Positions 1 through 12,059 of a stretch of 64,000 nt of DNA are shown here, one piece after another (position 1 is the stretch's first letter; the number at the start of each line of letters is the position of its first letter). The position numbers and the translations under genes are program-made. Below the pieces are notes generated by a model that was not told the DNA's origin, searched no databases, and worked only from the letters and a program-made list of their open reading frames with translations. The DNA lies in assembly GCA_002269645.1 (NCBI GenBank), contig NIVC01001059.1, positions 124,001-188,000 of the forward strand, read 5' to 3'. This DNA is from Macrostomum lignano (lineage: Eukaryota).

Positions 1-214
1 ATGTTTCCTTTAGCGTAGAGGCCTGAACTACTTGCAGTAGTGTGGTTCAAAGATGAATTTAAATTAACGAATTACTACGAGAAATTCTAGGCAGTGCATG
101 TACCGAGTTTTTTTACATAATTTTGCGAAACTTACGTAATGCTGAATTTTTTTTGCAAAAACAAGTTGAAGATGCATTGTTAGAGACAGTCAATAATTTT
201 GGGGTTTCACATCG

Positions 215-620
215 CACAGACAGACAGGTAGGTGCCTAGCACATTGTCTATGGCTCTGATGGACAGGTAGGTGCCTCGCACACTGTCTATGGCTTTGATG
301 AACAGGTAGGTGCCTCGCACACTGTCTATGGCTTTGATGAACAGGTAGGTGCCTCGCACACTGTCTATGGATCTGATGGACAGGTAGGTGCCTCGCACAC
401 TGTCTATGGCTCTGATAGACAGGTAGGTGCCTCGCACACTGTCTATGGCTCTGATGGACAGGTAGGTGCCTCGCACACTGTCTATGGCTCTGATGGACAG
501 GTAGGTGCCTCGCACACTGTCTATGGCTCTGATGGACAGGTAGTGTCTAGCATACTGTCTATGGCTCTGATGGACAGGTAGGTGCCTCGCACACTGTCTA
601 TGGCTCTGATGGACAGGTAG
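215..620. repeat. 39-bp minisatellite (GACAGGTAGGTGCCTCGCACACTGTCTATGGCTCTGATG), about 10 copies
   Basis: Direct periodicity; explains the 13-aa repeat ORF 207..515. Confidence 0.95.
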
Positions 621-1022
621 CAGTTTAAACGTCCCTGCATTGGAAATTGTTAGTTGAATCCTGAGTCCTTTCAGCGGCTCCCTGAGGCGAACTCATAGAT
701 ACGAGCTAAGCGTACAAGGATAGGAAAAGCGGAAGCGACAAGCGGAGCATGCAACCAGGTTGGAACGCTGCAGCGCAGTTGCAGAACGGTCATTGAAAGC
801 AATAGCAAATTTCTGCACAAATAAAAATATCGGTACTTACTTTTACCTGAGAATTGAGGTGTATGCACGTAGTTAGGCGTGTTAGAAGTGTGTCAATAGT
901 CAGGTTAATTAGTCAAAATGGCAAAAACCAAGGCGTGACTGAGAAGGGCCACTGACTCAATTTCTGTTCTAGTGCAGACTTTGTGAGGCTGTAGGCCTTC
1001 GGAAAGCCGAGTGGCTACTCAC

Positions 1023-1140
1023 CATCCTTGCTGATCTCAGTCAGCGTGCTGAGCACATCGCTGTCAGCGGCTGCAACATTGCCTTGGAGCACCAGCGGCA
1101 GCAGCAGCAGCGCCGGGAACAGTGACATCAGGCGCCGCAT
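1023..1140 (-). CDS. First coding exon of an unknown secreted or membrane protein (signal peptide MRRLMSLFPALLLLPLVLQGNVAAA-DSDVLSTLTEISKD)
   Basis: ATG at 1140, basic N-terminus, hydrophobic core and small-residue cleavage region, ending at a consensus donor G|GTGAGT (1022). Candidate downstream exons are at 846-841 and from 634. Not in the ORF track. Confidence 0.55.
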
Positions 1141-1718
1141 TGGTGGCCGCTCTCGTTGCCTATCGAAGAATCGAAGAGTATCTGCTCAAGCAGCACGGAA
1201 ACAATTCCAACGGAGAGTGCGAGAGATGCTTAAAGTCCTGGCAGCAGCGAATTCCGCTTTCCCTCACTGTTGAGCTTAGCCTGGCCGCGCACACAGCGTC
1301 TTATTCTGCTCGCTGCGATCCGCGCTCCAACAGAGACAGTCTTAGAGGAGTTGCTGGCCGGAGCAGAAGCCGTGGGAGGAGGGGCTGGCAGGCAGGGAGT
1401 GGTGGACCAAGCGGAGAGCCGGCAGTTGGTGCGGGGGGCAGAAAGTCGCCGCTGTTGGCAAAAAAGGCTTCTCCTGGTTGCTGGGCAGTGGGGAGCCGCG
1501 GCGAGCTGTGGGTTGGCCGAGCCTCTCGGACCGCTGGACAGGGAGGGGGCGGGGGGCGCAGCTCCTCTCCTGAGCTCTGGCGTCTACCAGCATTTTTGCC
1601 GCTGCAGAGCTGGCGCTGCGGCTGCCCCGCGCGGACTCGTGCAGGTGTTTTCGGTGCCGAATTGATTATTTTGTGCCGTAGCCAAAAATGCGCCTCCACC
1701 CACCGTCATTGCTGGGTG

Positions 1719-1751
<33 letters not shown>

Positions 1752-2409
1752 TCTACTCGGGGCTCCTCAACTTCAACGTCGCGGACAGCACCGCGCATCC
1801 CATAAAGTCTGCTGTGGCAGGATCGATCGCTCCGGGATAGTGGGGGAGGGTGCTGGAGTTGCTGGTGCAGCGCTGGGGGGGGGGCTGACTGGCTCGCATT
1901 CTTGCCGCTCTGCGTGTGGCACTGACAAGGCGCTGTTTGCGTCTAATCGCAACTCTCTGCTGCCCGAGACATATTTGGGAGCGAAGGGGGGCAGCAGCGG
2001 GGAGACTCGGCCGATCTGTCGTGACTAAGCAGCAGTGCTGAGTTGGGCCCGAGCTCGCACAATGGCTTCTCTCCGCGGCAGTTTCAGTCACCCGTAGATG
2101 CAGAAGCAGAAGCACTGAGCATACAGTAGCAGACACTCTCAAATTGCGGAGAGCAAAGAAAATGCTATGCAGCTTTGGGAAGCACGTTTGCATAGTGCAG
2201 TACTGTTTCCGTATACATTCTCTCGAATAAAATATCAGATTGGTATCAGATAGTCATCAATGTGTTAGAACTTATTCGATTGATTATTGCTAATTAACAA
2301 TCTTAATAAATGCACTCGATCCGTGGGTCACAGGCCCCCGCCTGTGAATTGTTAGTTGAAGGGGCGTCACCTCTGCCGCCCCCCCCCCCCAGTAAAAGCT
2401 ATGGGGGGA

Positions 2410-3785
2410 CCTGCGGCACCAAAATGAGTGCCTGCGGCGCCAAAATGAGTGCCAACGCCAAAAGAAGTGCCTGCGGCGCCAAAATGAGTGCCTGCAGCGC
2501 CAAAATGAGTGCCTGCAGCGCCAAAATGAGTGCCTGCAGCGCCAAAATGAGTGCCTGCAGCGCCAAAATGAGTGCCTGCAGCGCCAAAATGAGTGCCTGC
2601 GGCGCCAAAATGAGTGCCTGCAGCGCCAAAATGAGTGCCTGCAGCGCCAAAATGAGTGCCTGCAGCGCCAAAATGAGTGCCTGCAGCGCCAAAATGAGTG
2701 CCTGCAGCGCCAAAATGAGTGCCTGCAGCGCCAAAATGAGTGCCTGCAGCGCCAAAATGAGTGCCTGCAGCGCCAAAATAAGTGTCTGCGGCGCCAAAAT
2801 GAGTGCCTGCAGCGCCAAAATGAGTGCCTGCAGCGCCAAAATGAGTGCCTGCGGCGCCAAAATGAGTGCCTGCGGCGTCAAAATGAGTGCCTGCCTGCGG
2901 CGCCAAGGTGGGTGCCTGCCTGCGACGCCAAGATGAGTGCCTGCGGCGCCAAGATGAGTGCCTGCGGCGCCAAGATGAGTGCCTGCGGCGCCAAGATGAG
3001 TGCTTGCGGCGCCAAGATGAGTGCCTGCGGCGCCAAGATGAGTGCCTGCGGCGCCAAGATGAGTGCTTGCGGCGCCAAGATGAGTGCTTGCGGCGCCAAA
3101 ATGAGTGCCTGCCTGCGGCGCCAAGATGAGTGCCTGCCTGCGGCGCCAAGATGAGTGCCTGCCTGCGGCGCCAAGATGAGTGCCTGCCTGCGGCGCCAAG
3201 ATGAGTGCCTGCCTGCGGCGCCAAGATGAGTGCCTGCCTGCCGCGCCAAGATGAGTGCCTGCGGCGCCAAGATGAGTGCCTGCCTGCGGCGCCAAGATGA
3301 GTGCCTGCCTGCCGCGCCAAGATGAGTGCCTGCCTGCCGCGCCAAGATGAGTGCCTGCGGCGCCAAGATGAGTGCCTGCCTGCGGCGCCAAGATGAGTGC
3401 CTGCGGCGCCAAGATGAGTGCCTGCCTGCGGCGCCAAGATGAGTGCCTGCCTGCGGCGCCAAGATGAGTGCCTGCCTGCGGCGCCAAGATGAGTGCCTGC
3501 CTGCGGCGCCAAGATGAGTGCCTGCCTGCGGCGCCAAGATGAGTGCCTGCCTGCCGCGCCAAGATGAGTGCCTGCGGCGCCAAGATGAGTGCCTGCCTGC
3601 GGCGCCAAGATGAGTGCCTGCGGCGCCAAGATGAGTGCCTGCCTGCGGCGCCAAGATGAGTGCCTGCCTGCGGCGCCAAGATGAGTGCCTGCCTGCGGCG
3701 CCAAGATGAGTGCCTGCCTGCGGCGCCAAGATGAGTGCCTGCGGCGCCAAGATGAGTGCCTGCCTGCGGCGCCAAGATGAGTGCT
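2410..3785. repeat. 21/25-bp minisatellite (GCGCCAAAATGAGTGCCTGCA grading into GCGCCAAGATGAGTGCCTGCCTGCG)
   Basis: Direct periodicity with a variant switch near 2890; source of ORFs 2310..3883. Confidence 0.95.
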
Positions 3786-4605
3786 AACAACAGCGATTGC
3801 CAAAATAATGTAAGGAATTCAGCTATGCAGAATTCTTGGCTTTGTAACCTCACTATAAAATCTATGGCGACGCCCCCAATCAATTGGGGCTGCGGGACGA
3901 GCGAAGAGTGCCATGCAGAATAACAGAATTAGAGCTCAGTGATAAAAAATAAAGTCAATACTATTTATTAAAATATACTTGCTATCAGACTGGCTGTACT
4001 CAAAGATAAAAAATTGTAAATAATGAAACACCTTAAAAGTTTAAGCCAAAACTTCAGCCAACATGGTAAATATTAACACACTTCAGCCCATCAAAAGTAT
4101 CTACAGTAATCTTTTTTCTTTTTGAATGCTTTCATTTTTTAACTTGCTACTAGAAAATAAATTAAGAGAGTTTCCAAAGGACTTTACTGACAGTAGCAGT
4201 AAACGAGTTTGCGTTAAACATTATTAAAACTTTTTCACGCGATATAAACGATTGTGTAAAATGAATTTTAACATTATGTGTTACGTCTAAAGAAGTAGTT
4301 GAACAGCCTCATTTATTAAGCAAAAATGAAAACTATACTGGTTTATGCTGTACTACTGGGAAATACATTTTTTCTCCTGATATGTTGATTGACAGAATAA
4401 AATATCAGACGAATAATATGTTGCCAAGCGCTATGTATAATTATATAAAGATGAGTCCAGGAACAGTATTACTTTATTATTTTTGAAATTGGCTCAGCAC
4501 TTGCAATGGTATCCCCATGTATGAGTGTACATGCACATACTCGTAGATCGCATCCGTTCCTGACTGCGCCCTTTTTCAGTGACGTCACGGCGTGATTGCG
4601 ACACA

Positions 4606-4794
4606 CTAGCAGCCCTCGCACCTGCAGCTCTCGCACTTGCAGTTCTTGCAGTTTCCGTCCTTGCACTCGCAGCTCTCGCACATGCAGTTCTTGCAGTTTC
4701 CGTCCTTGCACTCGCAGCTCTCGCACTTGCACTCTCGGCCTTTGCAGGTCTTCCTACACTCGCTCCCACACTCACTGGGGCTGGCCGCATCCAT
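4606..4794 (-). CDS. Metallothionein-like protein, 62 aa, 18 Cys (MDAASPSECGSECRKTCKGRECKCESCECKDGNCKNCMCESCECKDGNCKNCKCESCRCEGC)
   Basis: CxCxxCxC clusters, no aromatic residues, Lys/Ser/Glu-rich. AATAAA about 130 nt downstream (4473-4478) and one MRE-like TGCGCAC at 5286-5292. I prefer the start at 4794 over the track's 4884. Confidence 0.8.
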   Translation of the reverse strand: MDAASPSECGSECRKTCKGRECKCESCECKDGNCKNCMCESCECKDGNCKNCKCESCRCEGC

Positions 4795-5559
4795 TATCGT
4801 GAGTTCGGGAGTCGCGCAGAAAGCAGTCTGCACATACTTCACAAATATGGCTTCACATAAATGGGTTTTGCTGGAAATTTTCAAAACATTCTGCGATGTC
4901 TTTACCTGCAGATTTAATTTCTCGTTATGACTAGGCAGTTATTTACTGCTAAACTGCAAAATCATGAAAGCTTTCTTTAAATGCACTGCTAGATGTGTGG
5001 CAGCAAGCCGAGGTCTAGAAAGGGTTTCATAATTTACTGAAACCTTACTGAAAATAATCTTACATAATAAGTTTCTGACCAACGAAAATTCACTTCCGAC
5101 GGGAAATTGCTATGAAGGACCGTTTCTGTAAACTGCATCTGCATCCATTCAGCGGATTCTGTAAACTTTCCCAAAGCCCTATATTAACAGTAGTTCTACG
5201 AGTCATCCTCCAGAAATATTTTAGCTGCGCCGGAACGGAGCAACGCAGGCGGCACAAAATTCAGGAACATGGGCGAACTTTTTGTTGCGCACCTTCAAAA
5301 ACACTTATCAATTCGTCAACCCTCCGATCTTTGAGATATTCAACAATTCTGCCAGAAGGTCGGATTTCTCCCATAAGCGCCAGTGTATTCAGTACACACC
5401 TGTGCGCCAATCAGCACTGCGCCTCATTGCAGCCTTGCCAAGCCTCCAAATTTCATCAGCATGTGTCTAACATCAGCTAAAAACATATACATGTAGATAT
5501 GTCCATAGTCCCCTGTGAGCTGGTGCCACCTGTTGAAGGTCCAGAAGCTCCGCCTGGAT

Positions 5560-6157
5560 AAAGGCCAGTGACCAACGAAGTCAGAGCCTCTCCGGTTGGC
5601 GTCGACCCACGCGTCGCACAGCAGACGGCCATCGTCGTTGGTAGGAAGAGCATTCTGAAGCACCCAGTCAAACACCAGAAGAAGCAGGAACGCCGTGCTA
5701 GCGCACAAGGACTACTTTAGTAGAAGGACCCAAGAGAATGTCTCGAAGAAGCACCATTGAAAGCACGCGGCTCTGACGACCGGTCGTTGAAGGCCTTCTT
5801 GAAATCTATTAAGATATCTCAATCGGGATCTACTGACAAATCCGCGACTCCAGGACGAAGAGCCAGGATCTGCACCACTGTGCTGCAATGGGGCCGAAAC
5901 CTGTTCTGTACGGATCCGCTATATGTGCAACCTCAACAACAGCATCCAACTGAACACAGTACAGCTTCGCAGCGCGGGACTGAAGGCAGATGCCTCGATC
6001 GATGCTCTTCAAGCAGTGTGGTGCCCCGGCTTCTTAGAAATAGAAAAGATGTGTGTGTGTGTGTGTGTGTGTGTGTGTTGTCAATTCGTTGGATGCCTCC
6101 TCACCGAAAAGCACGGATTGATTTACACTCTGGCGACTGTGCATGGTTACACGGTTG
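5560..6157 (-). mobile_element. Decayed LINE reverse transcriptase fragment
   Basis: Frameshifted RT motifs on the minus strand: RGICLQSRAAKLY, QNRFRPHCSTVVQILALR, DFKKAF, FLLLLVFDWVLQNALP. It continues on the far side of the DNA transposon (13781-13850: TADVVRFA*LSPGGK). Confidence 0.75.
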
Positions 6158-7418
6158 CCCGGGTAGCACGACGTTGCGCGACGTCAAAATGACGTTGAAA
6201 ATCGGTCAAACTATGACGTCGAAATGACGTCAATTCTGTCGATATTTTTTACGTAATTTTGACCTAGATTTGTGACGTTGTTTTGACGTAAAAAATTTAC
6301 TGAAATTTTACCGTATAAAAATGGCTTTTTCAATGTACAAAATGACTTGTATGAAGTTTCAAGAAAATAAATGTTACTAGCTTTATGATTGAAAGTTATC
6401 TCTGCATTCTGAAGTCAACCTTATTGAATTATGTGTGTGGATATAAGTAATGCACACTAACCACGCTTGAAATACCGGGTACAAATTGTAATTTACGAGT
6501 ATATTCTTATATTAGCATATGAAAATTCATGAAAAGGAACGGTAAAAAAATTAGATTAAAAGATGGAGAACGGAAAATAGCGCCAAAAAGTTAGTACAAA
6601 CAAAACAGAATATAGTTAATGTAGAAAACAGTGGCATGGAACAAATCCAAGGATGAAGACAAATGCGAGCATAGCAACAGAGCTAGTAGCCTGTAGAATA
6701 ATAGAAAGTGTAGAGCAATAATAAAAAGCTACGGAGTAGAAATTTGCAATACTAGAAGTATGGAATACTATATTAGAATATTAGCTATTGGAAACAATCG
6801 AAGTGGAAATGAGAGATAGTATCATAGTGTAAAATAATACAAAACAGTGTAGTGAAAAACAATAGAACAGTAGACATGTGCACGAACGACAGTTCAAAAC
6901 AATATTTGGTTTTACTGAACAAAAAGGAAGCAACACAAGCGTAATAAATTTAAATGATTGTGTGTAGCTATAGCTGCATGTTGTTCATAGAGAACACTTG
7001 AAGACGTGCTCACATTCTGGAAAATTTTTTGGCGCAGGTAACGCTATACCTACGGACTCTGGCTAAATGCGTTCAAATCTAATTGTTGCTTTTTTATTAT
7101 TTACACAACTAAAGTCTAAATTTTTTATTTATGCTTAAAGTTACCCATTTTATAATTTATGTCTTAGAACTCGGTAATGCAAAATCAATCATAGAACCAA
7201 TTTTCAAGCTCCATTTTCAATACAGTTACATGATATCCATGTACGCTCGTAAGATGGTCAAAATTGATGGATTTATGAAAGGTATGATAACAGCTGCATG
7301 ATTGAACTTTACAAAATATTCAAGCTACTATAGTTCTCCAGCATGAGCTGGCATCATGAGAGATGAAAGAAGAAGCCAAATGAAGGAAGCCAAAATGAAG
7401 GAAGAGCAACAGCGAAGT

Positions 7419-9270
7419 CTAAGTTTCCCTCACGTCATCCGCAGTCTCTACGCGCTTCTTCTCCTTGAGTTTGATATGCTTCAAGGACTCGGCCACAAAA
7501 TGTTGCGCTCCAACGCCTCGTGAACGAGATCTCAATCGCTTGTTATTATGAATGACTCCTGTGAAACAAAGTGATGAGCCAATTAGTATGACGTACAGTG
7601 TATATACACGTATTTCATGCGTCACAATGAGCGACTATACATACAGAGGTTGATTTCACATGTTCGAACATACTTACTTTCTATGGCCGCAGTAAGCCCG
7701 ATGGGAAATATGCGTGAATCCTGCCGGCCAGTTGTTGTAAACATACTAAACATAGATGGCAGGGCGATTTTCTTCAACAGAGTGGTCGTCACTCGGCTGA
7801 TACTGACGCCATCATCAGCGAAGCCGGACAGGTAGTGAATCTAAAATTCAGATTTTTGCAAGCTACTGGTAGGACTAGTGATCGATACGTGCAGGTAGCA
7901 CAATACGGCAAAGGTACAGGAATACATGTGAAAATAAGCAACTAAATAATAAGTACATACGAGCTCGTAGATAAAAAGGAAGCTGATCATACGTAAGAAA
8001 ATTATAAATTTTCTCTCACCAAGACAGACTTCTTTTCCGTACATGTGGCTATCTCATCGGCGAAGGACAGGAGCCCGTTTACACTGCTCATGGGCAACTG
8101 GTGCAACATCCCATTGCCATCAGTAGTATTTCCACACCTTAACGCTCAGATCTCTTCCTTCATTTCCTTCATTTCGGTAAAGAGCTTCGCCAGCCACTCT
8201 GCAGTAACAATACAAACGCATGCATTTGTTTACACTGGCATGAATTTACAAATAGGTAGTAAAATAACCACTAGAACAGAGTAGAGACATGTATCACGCG
8301 AGCGCAATACAATACAAAAAACTGAAACTGTCAGAGTAAAGTCAGATGAAATCAAATTAAAAAGCAACATACTCTCCATGTGACAGCAGTGACGGTTGCA
8401 ACTGGCAGTTTCATTCTTTCTCCTCAAGTCAGGATCCTGTGTAGCAGATTCCAGCACAGATTGGCTCTCGAATGTATCGTGTACGGTAACTGATGCTTGA
8501 GGTGGTGAAGGCGATAGTTGAAAAACTGGAGGCGGAGGTGGTGACGCAAGCTCAGATACGACAACCGAAGCCGAAGACGACGGTGGCATGTTCGATGTCT
8601 TTTTGGATCTAGTGGAAGATGAAGCAGGAATCGACGATGTCCTAAAGCCATCAACCAGCCTCTCTACTGCCGGCCTTTGTCGTTTCCTCTCAACTTCTGT
8701 CTCACTCAAACTATTCTTTTCTTCCAATCGCTTCAGCCGATAAGTGAGAAAGTTCAGATTATCTGAAAGGGTAAGGCAAAATCTGCAATCATATTTACGA
8801 AAAATACATGCGCTTTTAGGTTGAGTCGTGCCAGCCTTCAGTGTGTATGGTTTCCCATACCACAATCGACCTTTGTCTGTGTGTGTTGTGGACTTCCACA
8901 GGGCGTTCAACTCGATGTCGAGAGCTGCGGGGAGCTCAAGGAGTACAGCATGGCAAAAATGACGGCAACATTGACTCTACCCAATAGATTCACCATTGTA
9001 TCTAAATATACTATTATACTACTATATTACTAGCACTGTTCGACATGAAGAGAGCATTAAAAACGTACCACTAGACATGAGCTGTTCCGACACCTTGAAT
9101 TCCCTCCAGGATGGGTGTGGTTCAGTTTTGTTGCGCATACATTGAGTAGCTTTGGTTGTCTTGGGGAGGAGGCAGAAGACATTGCCATCTTCATCCCGGA
9201 ACAGCCAACTGTCCAGCACAATTTGAGCGCCATCGTCGAAGCTTACTAGGTGATACTTTGCAGTGTTCAT
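7419..9270 (-). pseudogene. Transposon second gene (DUF4806-like accessory ORF), 5 exons, one internal stop
   Basis: Model join(9270..9069,8762..8373,8198..8020,7840..7678,7558..7419) = 1074 nt, all GT-AG and in phase. N-terminus YHLVSFDDGAQIVLDSWL is typical of animal EnSpm ORF2. In-frame TGA at 8148-8146. The family name comes from motif recall, not a search. Confidence 0.7.
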
Positions 9271-9989
9271 AATTGTGATACACTGGAGGTGTTTCAGAGC
9301 TTCAAATGCATGAAAAAAGGTTGTAATGTTCTATTAGTATATAAAACTGCAGTAAATTAAATAATCTTATCTACGCTGATTTTATTACAGCTCTTTTCTA
9401 TAACATTACAGATTCATGAATCTACTATTGCAATACTTGTATTTTGAGATTTCTACATAATTGATGAACAGAGCAGCTTTGATGTATTTTAGTACCAAAT
9501 AAGTTGCCAAAAATACGGCCATATTATACTGCGACGAGTAATTTTATTAATTATACTTTGAGGAGGCGAAATTACAGTAGTAGTATGTTTAATTGGCTAC
9601 GCTTGTCAGGCCTGGACGGTTTGATGCTAAGAAATTGTTATTATTATTATTAATTTTGCTATTACTACTGTTATATGTATACGCTGAAGATTCTAAACAA
9701 TCTGCTATGCTTCAATTTTTTGCATCGACTGGTTGATCTACGTCCAAGGCTGCCACACGCTTACAGAAAAGCCTATAAGTTGCAAGTTCAAACATGAGTA
9801 GAATATTTTGAAACAGAATCTAGCTCGTAATTAAAGAAAATAACATATTATTAGAACCTTAAAATAAATTTACGTACAAAATTATAACAGCTAAAGAAAA
9901 GTATCATGATTAAAGTTTAAAGAATAGCATTTGCTTCTGAATGCAGACACATCAAACCTTTGCAGTATGTTAAAAAAGTAAGCTCTGTC

Positions 9990-11993
9990 TCACTGACGGA
10001 AAGTATGAGCAAGTGGTATGGCCAACTGGTGGCCACCGTCGTCTGGAAAGAGGAACATTTTGCACATGATATGTTCAACAGGTACGACAGAAACCGAGCG
10101 CGACAATTCAGACACTTTGAAAATGTCTAAATCCATGGACAGCAACGGCAATAGAAAGTAGTTGTCGTGGCTACAAAAGAGCCGGCCAATGGCCCTGATA
10201 TCGTCGCCCTCCTTCACAAAATGAGAAACTTTGAAGACTTTGTGATCAGAGGTTAAGACGAATGAATCCGGAGATTTCCTCTTCAGGATGGTGTTGACAT
10301 CATTCAGTACGAGTCGCCGGTAAGCTACACCCTCATCACGAATGATGGGTTGCAAGGGTGTCAGGGACTTTATTCCCAATAGGGATACAGGACGCTGCCC
10401 AAGAAACTGTCCACTCTCATGTATTCGCTTGACAATCTGATTCAGTGGTTGACTGGGCGATCGAATCTTCTTCTTGATGAATCTCAAGAAGTTCTCAAAC
10501 TTAAAGTTGCTAAATGTGTCTATTGGACCAAACCGGTTGAAGTCATCAACTAGGTGCTGAAGGTTGTGAATATTGTATGTGAAAAATGCATTTCCGAGAG
10601 CATCGCGAAGGAGATCGTGCATATATGACACAAGGCGGCGAATGTATTCAACGCTCTGCGCTCCTTGGTATTGTTTCCTTTCGCAGCACATGATGTAGAT
10701 AGCGATGAAATACGTCATGAATATAGTTTGTAGCTTTGAATCACGTACAACCTTGGGGATGACGAACGGAATGATGTACACTGTAAAAAGTCGCAATTCA
10801 GTCGCCTTCCATTTGTGAAGGTGGCGAATAGGGCTCACCTTTCGAACAAAGTCACAAGGAAGAACCTTGCAGGTCTCTTTTATAAGCTGATCAAAGTACC
10901 TTTTCTCATTCTGGCCGAGTCTGTACTTATTTGGACCATTGCTTAATACTTCCAGCAGCTTCAGTGTCACTCCTTTGCAGATAAGGTGCAACATGTCGTG
11001 TGGAAACTGAGCCACCATGTCAATAGACAAGGATTCAAAGGGGCTCGGTCCGTGGTGATGCTCCGGTTGAGTTCTGTCGCGAAAGGTGGCGTCACTTCGG
11101 AGAGTACCATTCTCAGAGAAAGCAACACGGTTACAAATGTATATACCTTTTGCAATGCAACGGTCACAACCATAGTAGCCAGAGTGGCCTTTGACATTCT
11201 TGACAAAAGCGCGTGCGGGTGTGTCGCAGCAAACACACGCAAGGAGAATTTTCACACCGGGTCGAATCTCCAAATCATTTTGCTCCAGCGTCTTTAACTC
11301 TTCAATAGTATCCGTGAGAAGATCCTCGGCACTCTGAGGCTTTGCCTTGCCGTGGTAGATTCCAACGACAAAGACAGAATTCCGAATTTCACGAAATGCG
11401 GCTAGAATCACCCAAAAGCCGTCCACAGTCGATGAAAAAAGTGGTACACCATCGATGTTTAAAACCAGGTTCAAGTTGACATTATTCTCAAAGCCCACAT
11501 CGTCAAGTAGCCTTTTAATCCCATCCAGGAGCCCAAAATGATAATAGCTACCTGGATCAACGTGTTTAACTCCTAATACAACCTGGGGAGAGTCAAGCAG
11601 CGTTCTCGGGTCAATAGGAAGGGATGGGTCTTTCTTGCGCAGAACAGCCAGAAGACGTCGCAAAGAGGCCTGTGGGATGTTGTCGGATATTGCCCATTCT
11701 TTCAAAGCCTCACTCAGATCTACATCAGATTCATGGTCGTCATAGTCGTCAGTCTCTGAATCGGAGGAGACGGATTCAGATGGCGAATTGTTATTACTAT
11801 CCTCCTGATGATTTTTATCTCCTTCCTCAGGTTGACTACCCAATGTCCATTTAGAACAAACTGCTCCACTGGGCAATGATGATTTTTTCATACAAATGCC
11901 CTCTTCCTCGTCATGAGAGCTGGAACTGGTATCCCTAATGGCACTTAGTAGCAACCTCTCTCCTGTTCTCTTTTTCTTCACCCAAGTGGTCAT
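9990..11993 (-). CDS. CACTA/EnSpm-type DDE transposase, 667 aa, intact
   Basis: Motifs LNIDGVPLF, CCDTPARAFVK, GHSGYYGCDRC, HDMLHL, FKFENFL. The ATG directly follows a TTTCAG acceptor, so an upstream exon is likely. Confidence 0.9.
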   Translation of the reverse strand: MTTWVKKKRTGERLLLSAIRDTSSSSHDEEEGICMKKSSLPSGAVCSKWTLGSQPEEGDKNHQEDSNNNSPSESVSSDSETDDYDDHESDVDLSEALKEWAISDNIPQASLRRLLAVLRKKDPSLPIDPRTLLDSPQVVLGVKHVDPGSYYHFGLLDGIKRLLDDVGFENNVNLNLVLNIDGVPLFSSTVDGFWVILAAFREIRNSVFVVGIYHGKAKPQSAEDLLTDTIEELKTLEQNDLEIRPGVKILLACVCCDTPARAFVKNVKGHSGYYGCDRCIAKGIYICNRVAFSENGTLRSDATFRDRTQPEHHHGPSPFESLSIDMVAQFPHDMLHLICKGVTLKLLEVLSNGPNKYRLGQNEKRYFDQLIKETCKVLPCDFVRKVSPIRHLHKWKATELRLFTVYIIPFVIPKVVRDSKLQTIFMTYFIAIYIMCCERKQYQGAQSVEYIRRLVSYMHDLLRDALGNAFFTYNIHNLQHLVDDFNRFGPIDTFSNFKFENFLRFIKKKIRSPSQPLNQIVKRIHESGQFLGQRPVSLLGIKSLTPLQPIIRDEGVAYRRLVLNDVNTILKRKSPDSFVLTSDHKVFKVSHFVKEGDDIRAIGRLFCSHDNYFLLPLLSMDLDIFKVSELSRSVSVVPVEHIMCKMFLFPDDGGHQLAIPLAHTFRQ

Positions 11994-12059
11994 CTGAAAT
12001 AGGCAGTATATGTATGCAATTTATTTTAAAAAGTGTTGTTAAACTTTATATATTTGTAC

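Noticed and set aside
1122-2193. Overlapping GC-rich ORFs on both strands
   Set aside because: No motifs or consistent splice model; more simply the 5' region of the minus-strand secreted-protein gene.
2310-3883. 200-490-aa repetitive ORFs (the same applies to 19321-20157, 23123-24405, 26413-28024, 33956-34659 and 35798-36586)
   Set aside because: Open in several frames and on both strands only because the repeat units lack stops; most lie in introns defined by flanking exons.
5424-5708. ORF resembling a neuropeptide precursor (hydrophobic start, RR sites)
   Set aside because: It is a frameshifted LINE RT segment (FLLLLVFDWVLQNALP corresponds to the LF.L.LDWVLR motif), flanked by other RT motifs.
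8763-8910. 5' part of ORF 8230..8910
   Set aside because: Intronic in the phase-consistent ORF2 model; the real exon starts at 8762.
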